Assembly: GCA_039978775.1 (NCBI GenBank)
Contig: JBDWAR010000023.1
Span: 18,304-82,303, forward strand
Reading direction: 5' to 3'
From: Luteolibacter sp.
GTDB taxonomy: Bacteria > Verrucomicrobiota > Verrucomicrobiia > Verrucomicrobiales > Akkermansiaceae
DNA: 64,000 bases
The translations under genes and the position numbers were made by a program. Under the pieces are notes generated by a model, which searched no databases, had not been told where the DNA came from, and saw nothing but the letters and a program-made list of their open reading frames with translations. Below are positions 9,014 through 18,908 of this stretch, one piece after another. Position 1 is the stretch's first letter, and the number at the start of each line of letters is the position of its first letter.

Positions 9014-10114
9014 ATGAAACTACCTGTGGACACAGACCCCATCAACCCCGCTTCGTTGCCTTCCGCCGGTATGATCGTGCGGGAGAAGGAGCCGGTGAAT
9101 CTGGAAATGCCGTTTGGTTCGCTTGATTCCTTCATCACCCCGGCAGATCAGTTTTATGTGCGCTGCCATCATCCGATCCCGGAGATAGATGCGGAGACAT
9201 GGCGTCTGGAGATCGAAGGCGATGTGGAGAATCCTTTTTCGCTGGGTTATGCGGATCTCGAAGCGATGGAGCGCCGCACGATCACCACGACCATGGAGTG
9301 TGCTGGCAACGGTCGGACGTTTCTTGAGCCGCAGCGTGCGGGTGCGCAGTGGGAAGGTGGTGCCGTGGGAACCGCAGAATGGACGGGGGTGCCGCTCGCC
9401 GATCTGTTGACGCGGGCGGGTGTGCGCGCCTCCGCACGTGAGGTGATCCTGATCGGCGCGGATTTGGGAGAGATCAAGGAGCCACCGCGGCCGGAAGGGG
9501 AAATCCACTACTCCCGCAGCCTGCCGCTAAAGAAGGCCACGGATGACGTGCTGTTGGCCATGGCAATGAACGGGCAACGCATTGCTCCTTCCCACGGTTT
9601 TCCGCTGCGGGCTGTCGTGCCCGGCTGGTATGGAATGGCAGCGGTGAAATGGCTCACGCGCATCGTGGTGAGCAGTGAGCCCTATCAAGGCTATTACCAG
9701 ACGATTGATTACTCCTACTGGGAACGCGGATCCACCGCGCCGACGCTGATCCCCATCACCGAGATGCGGGTGAAGGCACAGATCGCGAGGCCGGGCTATG
9801 CTGAGGCGGTGCCTGCCGGGCAGCCCTACCGGGTGCATGGCGCGGCGTGGACCGGGGGAGCGGAAATCACCCGGGTGGAAGTGAGCACCGACGGGGGCAA
9901 GCAATGGAACGACGCGACCCTGCTGGGCGAAGCGGTGCGGGATGCATGGCGGCTGTGGGAGTATGAATGGGCGGTGCCTGACCAGACGGGTGAGACGGTT
10001 CTGATGGCGCGGGCCACTGATTCCCTAGGGCGCACACAGCCACCGCAGCATCACGATGATCGCAGCAGTTACCTCATCCATCACTGGCTCCCGGTCAAAG
10101 TGCTGATCCGCTAA
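9014..10114 (+). CDS. Sulfite oxidase family molybdopterin oxidoreductase (no haem domain, no signal peptide)
   Basis: NLEMP, FYVRCH, ECAGNGR (Mo-ligand Cys), HGFPLRAVVPGWYGMAAVKWL, RVEVSTDGG, dimerisation domain. Confidence 0.92.
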   Translation: MKLPVDTDPINPASLPSAGMIVREKEPVNLEMPFGSLDSFITPADQFYVRCHHPIPEIDAETWRLEIEGDVENPFSLGYADLEAMERRTITTTMECAGNGRTFLEPQRAGAQWEGGAVGTAEWTGVPLADLLTRAGVRASAREVILIGADLGEIKEPPRPEGEIHYSRSLPLKKATDDVLLAMAMNGQRIAPSHGFPLRAVVPGWYGMAAVKWLTRIVVSSEPYQGYYQTIDYSYWERGSTAPTLIPITEMRVKAQIARPGYAEAVPAGQPYRVHGAAWTGGAEITRVEVSTDGGKQWNDATLLGEAVRDAWRLWEYEWAVPDQTGETVLMARATDSLGRTQPPQHHDDRSSYLIHHWLPVKVLIR

Positions 10115-10157
10115 ACTTCTGAGAAATCTTTCACTACAACCCTAACCCACCAACATC

Positions 10158-10616
10158 ATGAAACCATCAATACGAAAAATTGCCCTCGCGGCGCTCATCC
10201 TATTGCCAACCCTCAGCTTTGCCGCAGAGCACTCCGGCGATGCAGCGGAAAAGCCTCACAAGATTGTCTTCCAAGTGGTGATGGACGGGCCGGAGAAATG
10301 GGAAGGAGCTTTCCGCAACGTGGAGAATGTCATCAAGGAGCTGGGCGCGGAAACCACCGAGATCGAGGTGGTCGCCCACAGCAAGGGCCTGGGCATGCTC
10401 TTGGCGAAAACCTACGCGGAGCATCCGGAGATGAAGGAGAAGCTCGATGAACTCCATGCCAACGGCGTGGTCTTTGTCGCCTGTGAAAACACCATGAAGC
10501 GCAAAGGGGTGGAAAAGAAGGATCTGGTTGAGATCGCCACCACAGTTCCTTCCGGCGTGGCCGAAGTGGTCCTCAAGCAGGAGGCAGGATACTCCTACAT
10601 CAAGGCCGGCGACTGA
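10158..10616 (+). CDS. Exported DsrE/DsrF-like protein
   Basis: Signal peptide; HKIVFQV, IEVVAH..GL, FVACENTM, VPSGVAEVVLKQEAGYSYIK. Confidence 0.85.
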   Translation: MKPSIRKIALAALILLPTLSFAAEHSGDAAEKPHKIVFQVVMDGPEKWEGAFRNVENVIKELGAETTEIEVVAHSKGLGMLLAKTYAEHPEMKEKLDELHANGVVFVACENTMKRKGVEKKDLVEIATTVPSGVAEVVLKQEAGYSYIKAGD

Positions 10617-10669
10617 CGGGGAAACGCCTCCGCGCTGGCTGTGCGGCAGGATGAGCGGCCGCGTGCCGC

Positions 10670-11083
10670 TCAGGAACGCTTGGTGGCGAACTGGGCGAAA
10701 CTTTGCTTATCGAGTAAGCCGAGCATTTTCTTCTGGGTGCTGACGTAGAACTCGTGGAGGGGGCAGATCGGACCGGTCTCGCACCAACCGGGACCGAAGG
10801 GGCACATCAGGCGTTTGTCGGGGTCGTCGAATATTTTCACGACATCGAGCAGAGAGATTTTCGCCGGGGGGCGGGTTAGGGTGTAGCCTCCGGAGGGGCC
10901 GGGCTTGCCATTCACGAGGCCAGCGGTGGAGAGGATGGTGAGGATTTTTGCGACGAGGGCGCGCGAGAGGTTGCGTTCGGCGGCAATTTCGGCGCTTCCG
11001 ATCAGGCGGTCTTCATCGGCCACCGAGGCGAGATAACTGACGGCGGCGATTCCGCTTTGGGCGAGTTTGCTGTAACTAAGCAT
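10670..11083 (-). CDS. Rrf2 family transcriptional regulator (three-Cys, probable Fe-S type)
   Basis: IAAERNLSRALVAKIL..L, GKPGPSGGYTLTRPP.KISLLDVV, CPFGPGWCETGPICPLH. Confidence 0.92.
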   Translation of the reverse strand: MLSYSKLAQSGIAAVSYLASVADEDRLIGSAEIAAERNLSRALVAKILTILSTAGLVNGKPGPSGGYTLTRPPAKISLLDVVKIFDDPDKRLMCPFGPGWCETGPICPLHEFYVSTQKKMLGLLDKQSFAQFATKRS

Positions 11084-11169
11084 GGGTGGAATGTTTGAGT
11101 GCGGCTTGAGTGGTGGGCCAAGGGCGCTGAATGCGGCGACCATAACGTAAGATTGTAGCATGGCTCTTA

Positions 11170-11187
11170 AAAGAAGCTAAATTCTTT
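11170..11187. promoter_or_regulatory. Candidate Rrf2 operator (AAAGAA-N6-TTCTTT)
   Basis: AT-rich inverted repeat between the divergent rrf2 and globin genes; similar site at 14759-14774. Confidence 0.4.
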
Positions 11188-11290
11188 ATTTGCTTTCAAA
11201 GAGGGGCGGATGGGGGGATGATGCGGGGCGTCCGGGCGAGTCAGGATTTTCTGCGACGAGGGCGGGCACGCCAAGCGATAGAAGACACTG

Positions 11291-11776
11291 ATGATGAAAG
11301 ACAGCCACGAAGAGAAAGAAGGAAAGCCGGATCTACTGGGGCGTCCCGGGATCGAGAAATTGGTGGATGTGTTTTACCGCAAGGTTCGGGCGGACGAGGG
11401 GTTGGGTCATGTCTTCGACGGGGTGGCGAAGGTGAACTGGGAGACGCATCTGCCAAAGATCTGCGACTTTTGGGATACGGTGATCTTTCGCGCCGGGACC
11501 TTCCGGGGAAATCCGTTGGCGGTGCATGGCAAGATGCTGGCGGAGACGAAGCTGCCGTGGGCACTCTTCGAGCGGTGGTTGGAATTGTTCCGGGAGACGG
11601 TGGACGAGCTTTTCGCCGGGGAGAACGCGGGGCACATCGTGCGCAGTGCGGAGGACATGGCGGGGGTGATCTATTCGAAAATCCACGGCATCCCCAATCC
11701 ACGCCACGATCCTGCACTACTGACACCGGAGCAAAAGGCGCGTTACGCGAGCTACCGGGAGAAGGCCGGGAACTAA
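11291..11776 (+). CDS. Group III truncated haemoglobin
   Basis: IEKLVDVFYRKVRAD..LGHVF, WETHLPKICDFW, FRGNPLAVH, FERWLELFRETVDELF. Confidence 0.9.
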   Translation: MMKDSHEEKEGKPDLLGRPGIEKLVDVFYRKVRADEGLGHVFDGVAKVNWETHLPKICDFWDTVIFRAGTFRGNPLAVHGKMLAETKLPWALFERWLELFRETVDELFAGENAGHIVRSAEDMAGVIYSKIHGIPNPRHDPALLTPEQKARYASYREKAGN

Positions 11777-11805
11777 GTTTTTTAGATCGGAAGTGGTCTG
11801 AATGA

Positions 11806-11858
11806 AACGCGGACTTTAGTCCGCCGCGCCCGATTTGCTGCGGACTAAAGTCCGCGTT
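11806..11858. repeat. REP-like doublet / bidirectional terminator
   Basis: AACGCGGACTTTAGTCCGC (11806-11824) and its exact reverse complement (11840-11858); each arm is itself palindromic; lies between convergent genes. Confidence 0.85.
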
Positions 11859-11868
11859 CCGTTTTTTA

Positions 11869-12462
11869 TTACGGCTTTTCGGCTGCTTTTAGGGCTTTCA
11901 CCGAGGCCTCGGGGCCTTCCTGGGAGTCGATCCATTTGTGGACGATTCTGCCGTCTGGAGCGATGGTGGCGATGAGGTAGGAGTGGGCGAAATCGACTCC
12001 GTTGGGGAGGCGGTCGAAGCGAACTCCCAAGATGACGGCCATTTCTAGCAGTGCGTCTTCTTCGCTACGCAGGACATCCCAGCGCTCGGAGAGCTTGTGA
12101 TTGTCGGCGAGGGTTTTGAGGGCGGCTTGGTCGTCGCTTTCCGGATCCAGGGTGATGAAGGTGAAACGCGCCTTGGACTCGGGGGCGAGTTCCTTTTCAA
12201 TGCGCTGCATGTCTGCGATGATACGTGGGCAGATGCCTTTGCAGGTGGCGTAGCCGAGGGCGACGACACGCGGGGTGCCGGCAGATTCCGACCATTTGAG
12301 CGCTTTGCCATTCTGATCCTGCCAAGTGGAATCCAGCGCGTAGATCGACTCCTCCGGAAGATCCGCTTGGGCTGGGGGAACCGGATGGGGAGCTTCTTTT
12401 TCCGCGTTGAGCGCCAGTGCGGCGGAGAGGATGGCGATAGGTATGAGGAGATGGCGTTTCAT
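11869..12462 (-). CDS. SCO1/SenC copper chaperone
   Basis: Signal peptide; GYATCKGICP (CxxxC), FITLDPESD, DFAHS. Confidence 0.9.
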   Translation of the reverse strand: MKRHLLIPIAILSAALALNAEKEAPHPVPPAQADLPEESIYALDSTWQDQNGKALKWSESAGTPRVVALGYATCKGICPRIIADMQRIEKELAPESKARFTFITLDPESDDQAALKTLADNHKLSERWDVLRSEEDALLEMAVILGVRFDRLPNGVDFAHSYLIATIAPDGRIVHKWIDSQEGPEASVKALKAAEKP

Positions 12463-13256
12463 GGGTTTGGGTCGGGTGAAGGTTCGGCGTCTCGCGCTCC
12501 GCGGAAGCCGAGGCCGGGCAGGCAGAAATCGCCTTTCAGAGAAGAGCGGAAGGCCATGCGCATGAAGTTTGCGTATTCGGTGGCCTGGTTCGGGTCGGCA
12601 CCGCCACCGCCGCAGAATTGCTGGGCGTTGAGTGTGCCATCGGAGCGTGCTTCGCCACTGGTCATGGCGGAGACAAAGTTCGCGGTCCATTCCCAGACGA
12701 TGCCGTGCATGCCAGTGGCACCGTAGATGTTAGATTCACCTTTGGTGACATCGGGAAGCACGTCGGGGGTGGGGCGGGAGTACCAATCGAGGATCTTGGT
12801 TTTGAAAGTGGGATCATCGTTGGCGTCGATGGAGTGGAGATTGGCGCGTGCGACAAATTCCCATTCATCGACGGAGGGTAGGCGTTTGTCGACGGATTTC
12901 AAGAAGGCGCGGGCGGCGAACCATGAGATGCAGACGACGGGAGCGTCCGGCGGGGCGTTGGGGCCCAGTTCGGTATCGCCCGCCCATTTCGAGAGGTAGC
13001 CTTGATCGGCGAAAAGACGCTTCACCCGCGAGCGTTGCCACTCCGGGTGTTGCGTAACGAACGCGAGAAACTCGGCGTTCGTGGTTTGACGCACATCGAT
13101 GAGAAAGTCTTCGACAGTTCTGGTTTTTCCGTCCTTTTCAAGCGGCCTCTCGTAGGTGCCGCCTGTGACGGGCACCATGAGTGAGGTGGGGATCTCTACG
13201 GCCACCGCGGTAAGGCAGAGGCCGATCGAGATGAGGAACTGTCGGAGGGGACTCAT
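12459..13256 (-). CDS. nirV: Formylglycine-generating-enzyme-fold protein, NirV-like
   Basis: PVVCISWFAARAF, RLPSVDEWEFVA, GMHGIVWEWT, GFRGA; translationally coupled to nirK. Confidence 0.75.
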   Translation of the reverse strand: MSPLRQFLISIGLCLTAVAVEIPTSLMVPVTGGTYERPLEKDGKTRTVEDFLIDVRQTTNAEFLAFVTQHPEWQRSRVKRLFADQGYLSKWAGDTELGPNAPPDAPVVCISWFAARAFLKSVDKRLPSVDEWEFVARANLHSIDANDDPTFKTKILDWYSRPTPDVLPDVTKGESNIYGATGMHGIVWEWTANFVSAMTSGEARSDGTLNAQQFCGGGGADPNQATEYANFMRMAFRSSLKGDFCLPGLGFRGARDAEPSPDPNP

Positions 13257-14704
13257 TATTTTGCGCGTGCTTTGGCGACTTCGTCAGGGGTGACTTCCCA
13301 GCCTGCGTTTTCCCATGAGTTGGAGACGTAGGTGAGCACGTTGGCAACGTCCTCGTCGTTGAGGGTGAGGGCAGGCATGACGCTGTTGTATTTGTTGCCG
13401 TTGACAGTAACCTCACCGCTGAGGCCGTGGATCACGGTGTTGATCGCCCTATCCTTGTCGGCATTCAGGTAATCCGAGCCGGCGAGGGGAGGGAATGCGG
13501 CAGGGATGCCCTGGCCTTCCGCCTGGTGGCAAGCGATGCAGTTGGTAGCGTAAACGTTCTTGCCGCGATCGATGCGCTCTTGCTTGGTATTCGCTGCTGC
13601 AAGAGGAGTTCCTTGATCCGGCATGGTCTGTGGGGTGCCGCCTTCGGGAAGGTAGATGTTGTCGCTGCGCTTGCCGGAATAGACGAGCGGATCCGGCTCA
13701 CCCTCGACATTGATCATGGCGATGGCTCCTTTGTTGAATGCACGGGTCAGCGCGTGATCGACGAGGATCACTTTTCCGGGAACGTCCACTTTGAACTCAA
13801 CCATTGCCGCGCCGCCTGGGGGGACCAGGGTTGTCTGAACGTTGGAATTGATCAAACTAAGGCCGCCTTCGACATAGACCTTGTCGAAGATTTCACCGAT
13901 GGCATGGAAAGATGAACTCAGGTTGGGGCCGCCGTTTCCAAAGAAGATGCGGACGGTTTCGCCCTTGGTTACGTTGGGGGTGTTTTCGCCGAGCATGCTG
14001 CCGACACTGCCGTTGAAGACCACGTAATCGGGTCTTTCGTCGATGGCTTTCTCCATGGAGAAGGGTTGCAGACCTTGCTCGCCGTTGCGGCCTTTGGTGT
14101 AGAAGTCGCCCTGCATGACGTAGAACTCATGATCCACCTTTGGCAGGCCTTCTTTGGGCTCCACATAGATGAGGCCATACATGCCGTTGGCCACGTGCAT
14201 GCCGACCGGTGCGACCGCGCAGTGGTAAACGTAGAGGCCGGGATTGAGCACGCGGAACGAGAATGTCGTGCTGTGGCCGGGTGCCGTGAAGGATGCTGCA
14301 GCGCCACCCCCGGGACCGTTGACTGCATGAAGGTCGATGTTGTGGGGCATCTTGTTGCCGGGACGGTTCATCAGTTCGAACTCAACGACATCACCCTCGC
14401 GGACGCGGATGAAAGAGCCGGGGACGGTGCCACCGAATGTCCAGAACGTGTAGTCCACGCCATCGGTCATTTTCATGACTTTTTCGACCACTTCGAGCTT
14501 CACGTGGACTTTGGTCGCATGGTCGCGCTCGATGGCTGGCGGGACGTGGGGTGGGCTGGTGAGTTGGGCGGTTTCTTCGCCCGTCACGTCGGCTGGCATC
14601 GTGATGTCGCCGGTGGCGAGGTGTTCTTCCTCGGCAGTGGAGATTCCGGCAGCCATTGCGGATGCGAAGCTCAATACTCTGATGGCATTTTTTATGTTTT
14701 TCAT
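13256..14704 (-). CDS. nirK: Copper-containing nitrite reductase with C-terminal cytochrome c
   Basis: [55 protein letters not shown]; C-terminal CIACH ... MPAL haem c domain; Sec signal. Confidence 0.96.
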   Translation of the reverse strand: MKNIKNAIRVLSFASAMAAGISTAEEEHLATGDITMPADVTGEETAQLTSPPHVPPAIERDHATKVHVKLEVVEKVMKMTDGVDYTFWTFGGTVPGSFIRVREGDVVEFELMNRPGNKMPHNIDLHAVNGPGGGAAASFTAPGHSTTFSFRVLNPGLYVYHCAVAPVGMHVANGMYGLIYVEPKEGLPKVDHEFYVMQGDFYTKGRNGEQGLQPFSMEKAIDERPDYVVFNGSVGSMLGENTPNVTKGETVRIFFGNGGPNLSSSFHAIGEIFDKVYVEGGLSLINSNVQTTLVPPGGAAMVEFKVDVPGKVILVDHALTRAFNKGAIAMINVEGEPDPLVYSGKRSDNIYLPEGGTPQTMPDQGTPLAAANTKQERIDRGKNVYATNCIACHQAEGQGIPAAFPPLAGSDYLNADKDRAINTVIHGLSGEVTVNGNKYNSVMPALTLNDEDVANVLTYVSNSWENAGWEVTPDEVAKARAK

Positions 14705-14833
14705 AAAGAGGTACTCTGGGTTACCTCATCATGATGAATCAAAGTGGCGAACCTAATCAAGAATAATCATTCGTTAATATGAGGTCAGGTGCAACGGGGT
14801 GGCTGAAGTGGGCGGCATAGATCGTAAGCCCGC

Positions 14834-15493
14834 TTAATCACCTGCGCCCAGTATGCCGATGCGGTAGGCTTTGCTGATGGCCGCCGGGGCGTTCTGCACA
14901 TCGAATTTTTCGTAGATGTGGCGGACGTGGGTGGCCACGGTGAAGGCGCTGATATCGAGTTCCGTGGAGATTTCCTTTTTCACTTTTCCTTCGCTGAGCA
15001 GCTTGAGGATTTCGATCTCGCGCTCTGAGAGCGGGCACTTCTCCTGAGGTTTAGGCAGCTTGGGCTGCAAGGTTTCCATCATCAAGCGGGCGACCAAGGG
15101 ATCGAGCGATGCGCCGCCATTCATGACGGTCTGGATGCCTTCTCGGATCTGGGTGGTGCTGGCGGATTTCATCAGGTAGCCGTCGGCTCCCATCGAGATG
15201 CAGCTCAGGATGTCGTTTTTCCGGTCGGACTGGGTGAGGATGATGATCTTGATGTCCGGGTGGTATTCGCGGAACAAGGGGAGAGCTTCCATCCCTGTCA
15301 TGCCGGGCAGATTGAGGTCGAGTAAAACGAGGTCGGGTCGGCCGCTGCGGCTCTGGAGCTCGCGCAGAGCGACTTCCGCCGTGCCGAACTGGCTGCTGAG
15401 TTCCATGTCCTGCTGGTCTTCCAGGGCGCAGGCGATGCCCATTCGGTAAGCGCGGTTGTCTTCCACCAGCATGATTTTTGTTTTTCGGTTCAT
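14834..15493 (-). CDS. NarL/LuxR family response regulator
   Basis: IMLVED, VLLDLNLPGM, GYLMK, LSEREIEIL.LLSEG..KKEI..EL.IS.FTVATH. Confidence 0.95.
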   Translation of the reverse strand: MNRKTKIMLVEDNRAYRMGIACALEDQQDMELSSQFGTAEVALRELQSRSGRPDLVLLDLNLPGMTGMEALPLFREYHPDIKIIILTQSDRKNDILSCISMGADGYLMKSASTTQIREGIQTVMNGGASLDPLVARLMMETLQPKLPKPQEKCPLSEREIEILKLLSEGKVKKEISTELDISAFTVATHVRHIYEKFDVQNAPAAISKAYRIGILGAGD

Positions 15494-15576
15494 GGGATTG
15501 TTTTGGGACGATGGGACAATATAGGTGCTTCGCGGTTTTTTTGGAACAGAATCCATCAGTCGTAGGAATATGCGAG

Positions 15577-17571
15577 TCAGAGCCATGAGCCGAAGTTAAG
15601 GAGTTTCTTCGGTTGGACTTTCAGGGTGATGCGTGTGCCGCCCTCTTCCGGGCTTTCGACGTTCACCTTGCCGCCGAGAAGCCGGGCGCGGCGTTTGAGC
15701 GAAGGAGGGGTATGGAGCCCCGCGATGCCGGATCCGTTGTCGGTGACGCGGAGGCGGATGTTCCTGGAGTCGGCGGACAGAATGGTCTGCACGCGGGTGG
15801 CGCCGGAGTGGCGGAGGATGTTGGTGAGGCATTCCTTATAGAAGCGGAACAGGCCGTTGCGGCGGCGAGGAGAGAGGGAGCGAATGATCTCGTCGTCGGT
15901 GATAGTGAGGGTGTGCTGCATATCGGCGAGGAGGCGGTCGGCCATCCGCTTCATTTCACCTGAGAGATCGGCGTAGAGGTCTTTTGCAGCAAGCAGGTTG
16001 GTGCAGTAGCGCGCGGTGGCACCGGTCTCTGTGGTGAGGGCACAGACGGCGTCGGTGTATTCCATGAGCTTGCTCCATTTGCCGTTATCGTTTTTCTCCT
16101 CCACCTCCTGCTTGGCGAGGTTCCCGAACAGCCCGATGGCATAGAGGTTGGCGCCGAGTTCATCATGCAGGTTCGCGGCGATGCGTTCGCGTGTCTCGAA
16201 GATGGCGCGTTGGCGGGCGGCCTTCTGGATGAGAACGAGGATGATGCCCCCGGCCAGCATGAAGGCGATCAGCCATCCCGCATATTTCAGGGTGGCCCTT
16301 TGTTTGGCGTAGCGCGCGGAGAGTTCGGCGATCACACGCGGGCGTTCCACTTCCAGATCGTGGCGGAGCGCCAGTTGGTTCATCCATGTCCGCACAGGCA
16401 GGATCTCTCCATACAAATTGAAGCCATCCGTCAGCACTCCGAAAGAGCGGGTGGCTGGGTGGAGTGTTCCGGTGCCGCTGATGGGTTTGCCCAATGCGAC
16501 GTTGCGCCCCGCAGCGAGCACCTCGATCTCGGCGAAGCCGATCTGGAAAAGTTCCTGCTCCGGATTGGCATCGGTGATGCGGACGTAACGGCAGCGGGTT
16601 TCTGGGAAGCTCCACATCATGATCGAGCCGATGTCGTCGAAGCTATCGAACTGGAAATCCAGTAGTTCCGTGGCATCCAAAAAACCGGGATCATTGGCAC
16701 CTTCGACTTTCAGGTGCAAAGGGATGCCGAAATTGCCGGGGTGTGCCTGCGGGACCGTATCGCTTTGCTCGACCGCATGCAGATGGATGCCGGAAATCAA
16801 AATGGATTCTCCGAGATCGACGGTTAAGGAAGGGTTTTGGGCGGGCTGGCTGACGTAGGCCACGCTCTTTTTCCCCAGCGCTCCGTCCATCAGGTAGGGC
16901 AGGTTGCCATCCGTCAGGAAACGCGATCCCCATGTCCTTTGCAGTCGCTCGATGTGGTTCGATGAAGCCGTCACCGGCTGGCGCAACGCGACATTTTCAT
17001 CCCCGCTGAAAACCAGAACCTCGGAGAGTTGGAATACGTGGCGGCCATCGAATGATCGGGCGGCGAGTTGGGTTGCCTCGATTCTCACCCAGGACGCGGT
17101 GGTTCCTTTTTTCACGGGCACGACCAGCGGTGCGATGCGCGGCAGCAGGTGTGCGGTGGATGGGTAGTTTGCGATGACGGTACCGTTGCTGTCCCCGTCG
17201 GTTCCGGCGAGGATACGGAATGAGATGGGAAAAGCGTCGGCTTCGAATCCCTGTTTGGAATCGCGCCAAAGGAGCGGAGCCAGCACCACTTGGTCGATAG
17301 TATATTCCCTGCCGAGATCGATTTTGATCCATTCGGTGTGATCCCCGCTTTTGTGGCTACTCGAGCGGAATCCGATGGCACCGATGCCGCCCCGCAGGCT
17401 GGGCTGCGCCAATTCATCAAGCTGCTCGTCGATTTCGGCCAACCGTTGTTCGAGCGACGGTAGGGTGGCGGAGCCGAGTGCATCAATTGCACCCTCTTCG
17501 GCGAACAGGGCGAGGCCTCCCATGAGGGCGGTTCCTATAGCGATGGTGACTCTCAACACAGCAACCCTCAT
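15577..17571 (-). CDS. Sensor histidine kinase (HisKA_3) with periplasmic F5/8C galactose-binding-like domains
   Basis: Signal peptide; WIKIDLG..Y.ID.VVL, YVRIT, NVALGKP; TM YAGWLIAFMLAGGIILVLI; RIAANLHDELG; VTDNGSG. Confidence 0.88.
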   Translation of the reverse strand: MRVAVLRVTIAIGTALMGGLALFAEEGAIDALGSATLPSLEQRLAEIDEQLDELAQPSLRGGIGAIGFRSSSHKSGDHTEWIKIDLGREYTIDQVVLAPLLWRDSKQGFEADAFPISFRILAGTDGDSNGTVIANYPSTAHLLPRIAPLVVPVKKGTTASWVRIEATQLAARSFDGRHVFQLSEVLVFSGDENVALRQPVTASSNHIERLQRTWGSRFLTDGNLPYLMDGALGKKSVAYVSQPAQNPSLTVDLGESILISGIHLHAVEQSDTVPQAHPGNFGIPLHLKVEGANDPGFLDATELLDFQFDSFDDIGSIMMWSFPETRCRYVRITDANPEQELFQIGFAEIEVLAAGRNVALGKPISGTGTLHPATRSFGVLTDGFNLYGEILPVRTWMNQLALRHDLEVERPRVIAELSARYAKQRATLKYAGWLIAFMLAGGIILVLIQKAARQRAIFETRERIAANLHDELGANLYAIGLFGNLAKQEVEEKNDNGKWSKLMEYTDAVCALTTETGATARYCTNLLAAKDLYADLSGEMKRMADRLLADMQHTLTITDDEIIRSLSPRRRNGLFRFYKECLTNILRHSGATRVQTILSADSRNIRLRVTDNGSGIAGLHTPPSLKRRARLLGGKVNVESPEEGGTRITLKVQPKKLLNFGSWL

Positions 17572-17657
17572 ATCATGAATGGCAAAGGTGGAGAACTAGT
17601 GAGTTAGAATCGGTTTTCAAATGGTGGGTACTCTGGAGGAGATGTGCGCTTCGGACC

Positions 17658-17676
17658 ATCGCTTAAACGTGCGATA
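17658..17676. promoter_or_regulatory. 19-bp palindromic operator, copy 1
   Basis: ATCGCTTAAACGTGCGATA in the divergent kinase/PEP-CTERM spacer; recurs at 18800 and 20431. Confidence 0.75.
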
Positions 17677-17759
17677 GGCCGGTCGTGGAGCGGGACTAGG
17701 ATGTCAAATCTCTGGAAGCCAAAAAGCTCCATGTTACCCAATTCAACTCAACCAGAAAA

Positions 17760-18539
17760 ATGAACAAACCACTCACAACACTCGGAGCATGCCTGCTGAT
17801 GGCAGGTGCCGGACAGGCGGCGACTCTACTGAACTTCACCCAGTTTAACAATGATGCCACGGCGTTGGTAGATGGCTCCGCCACGGGTCTCAGCATTGTG
17901 AAGAATGATGTGGACGTGTCAGGAAACAATCAAATCCTCTTTAACGTCACCTATACCGGCGCGGATTTCAATGGTGACACGATCAACGACACCTTGACCT
18001 TTAAGCTGCGGGTTCAGGGTTACTCGGGTGGCACTGCGACTACGTCACTGCCGAATGGTGCCGATCAGTCTGGCACCGGTGGATCCGTTACCCTTGGAAC
18101 TGCGGCGGCGGTCGGGACACGCCAAACCACCTTTTTCGGGCAGACCACCACCATGCCATTCGGTAGCACCGTGCAGTTCAGCATCGAAAGCATTGCAGTG
18201 AATATCGCGGGTTATGGCGGAGCCTCCTTGGGTTTTGATGCCCTGCGAGTGGAGGAAGGCACATCTTCCGGGCATAGTAAACTCGCGATCATTGGTGTTG
18301 GAACAAACCTTACCGAACGTGAGTTCAATGACGGTTTTACCTTTAATCTGAGTTCCAATCGTCAAAGCGTCCTCTTTGTTAGCTCCGCACAAGCAGTCGG
18401 CACGACGGTTAGTCCGACAGCGTGGGGCATCGATCGACTTGGATTCGACATCAGTGTGGACGTGATTCCCGAGCCAAGCACCTCCGCGATGCTGCTCGGC
18501 GCTCTCGGCCTGCTGACGCTGCGCCGCCGCCGCAAGTAA
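17760..18539 (+). CDS. PEP-CTERM sorting domain protein
   Basis: Signal peptide; ends IPEPSTSAMLLGALGLLTLRRRRK. Confidence 0.93.
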   Translation: MNKPLTTLGACLLMAGAGQAATLLNFTQFNNDATALVDGSATGLSIVKNDVDVSGNNQILFNVTYTGADFNGDTINDTLTFKLRVQGYSGGTATTSLPNGADQSGTGGSVTLGTAAAVGTRQTTFFGQTTTMPFGSTVQFSIESIAVNIAGYGGASLGFDALRVEEGTSSGHSKLAIIGVGTNLTEREFNDGFTFNLSSNRQSVLFVSSAQAVGTTVSPTAWGIDRLGFDISVDVIPEPSTSAMLLGALGLLTLRRRRK

Positions 18540-18563
18540 GCGGGATTTATTTTCATTTCAAAT

Positions 18564-18605
18564 GCGTGGGATGCCGTCTTCGGACTAGCGTCCCACGCTT
18601 TTTTT
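18564..18605 (+). terminator. Rho-independent terminator
   Basis: GCGTGGGATGC...GCGTCCCACGC followed by a T run. Confidence 0.8.
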
Positions 18606-18799
18606 GTGCTCCAGCGCCGCGATCAAATACATTTTGGGTGGGTGCCGTGATAGGAGGAGCAGCACTCCGGTCGTAGGTAAGATTTTCTGACTTAGAAATG
18701 GTTCGTCGGGAGAAAGCAGAGGCGATGGAGTACAAACGCGCTGCGGTTTTTCCTCGACTCTATTCGAGCCAAATTCTCCGGACTGAGGCACTTCGCCCT

Positions 18800-18818
18800 A
18801 TCGCTTAAACGTGCGATA
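18800..18818. promoter_or_regulatory. 19-bp palindromic operator, copy 2
   Basis: Identical ATCGCTTAAACGTGCGATA, 90 nt before the ATG at 18909. Confidence 0.75.
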
Positions 18819-18908
18819 TACGGAGCTTGGGTAAGTGCCTAAGTTTCAAGCGGATCAGGTGGTGGAAATGCGCCGCCTCGTTCAAAAGGAAACCCAGAAA
18901 CGAACAAA

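Noticed and set aside
12459-13256. FGE-fold protein as the sulfatase-maturing enzyme
   Set aside because: Lacks the canonical FGE CxxxxC/RxxxR active-site segment and is coupled to nirK, so NirV-like is the better call.
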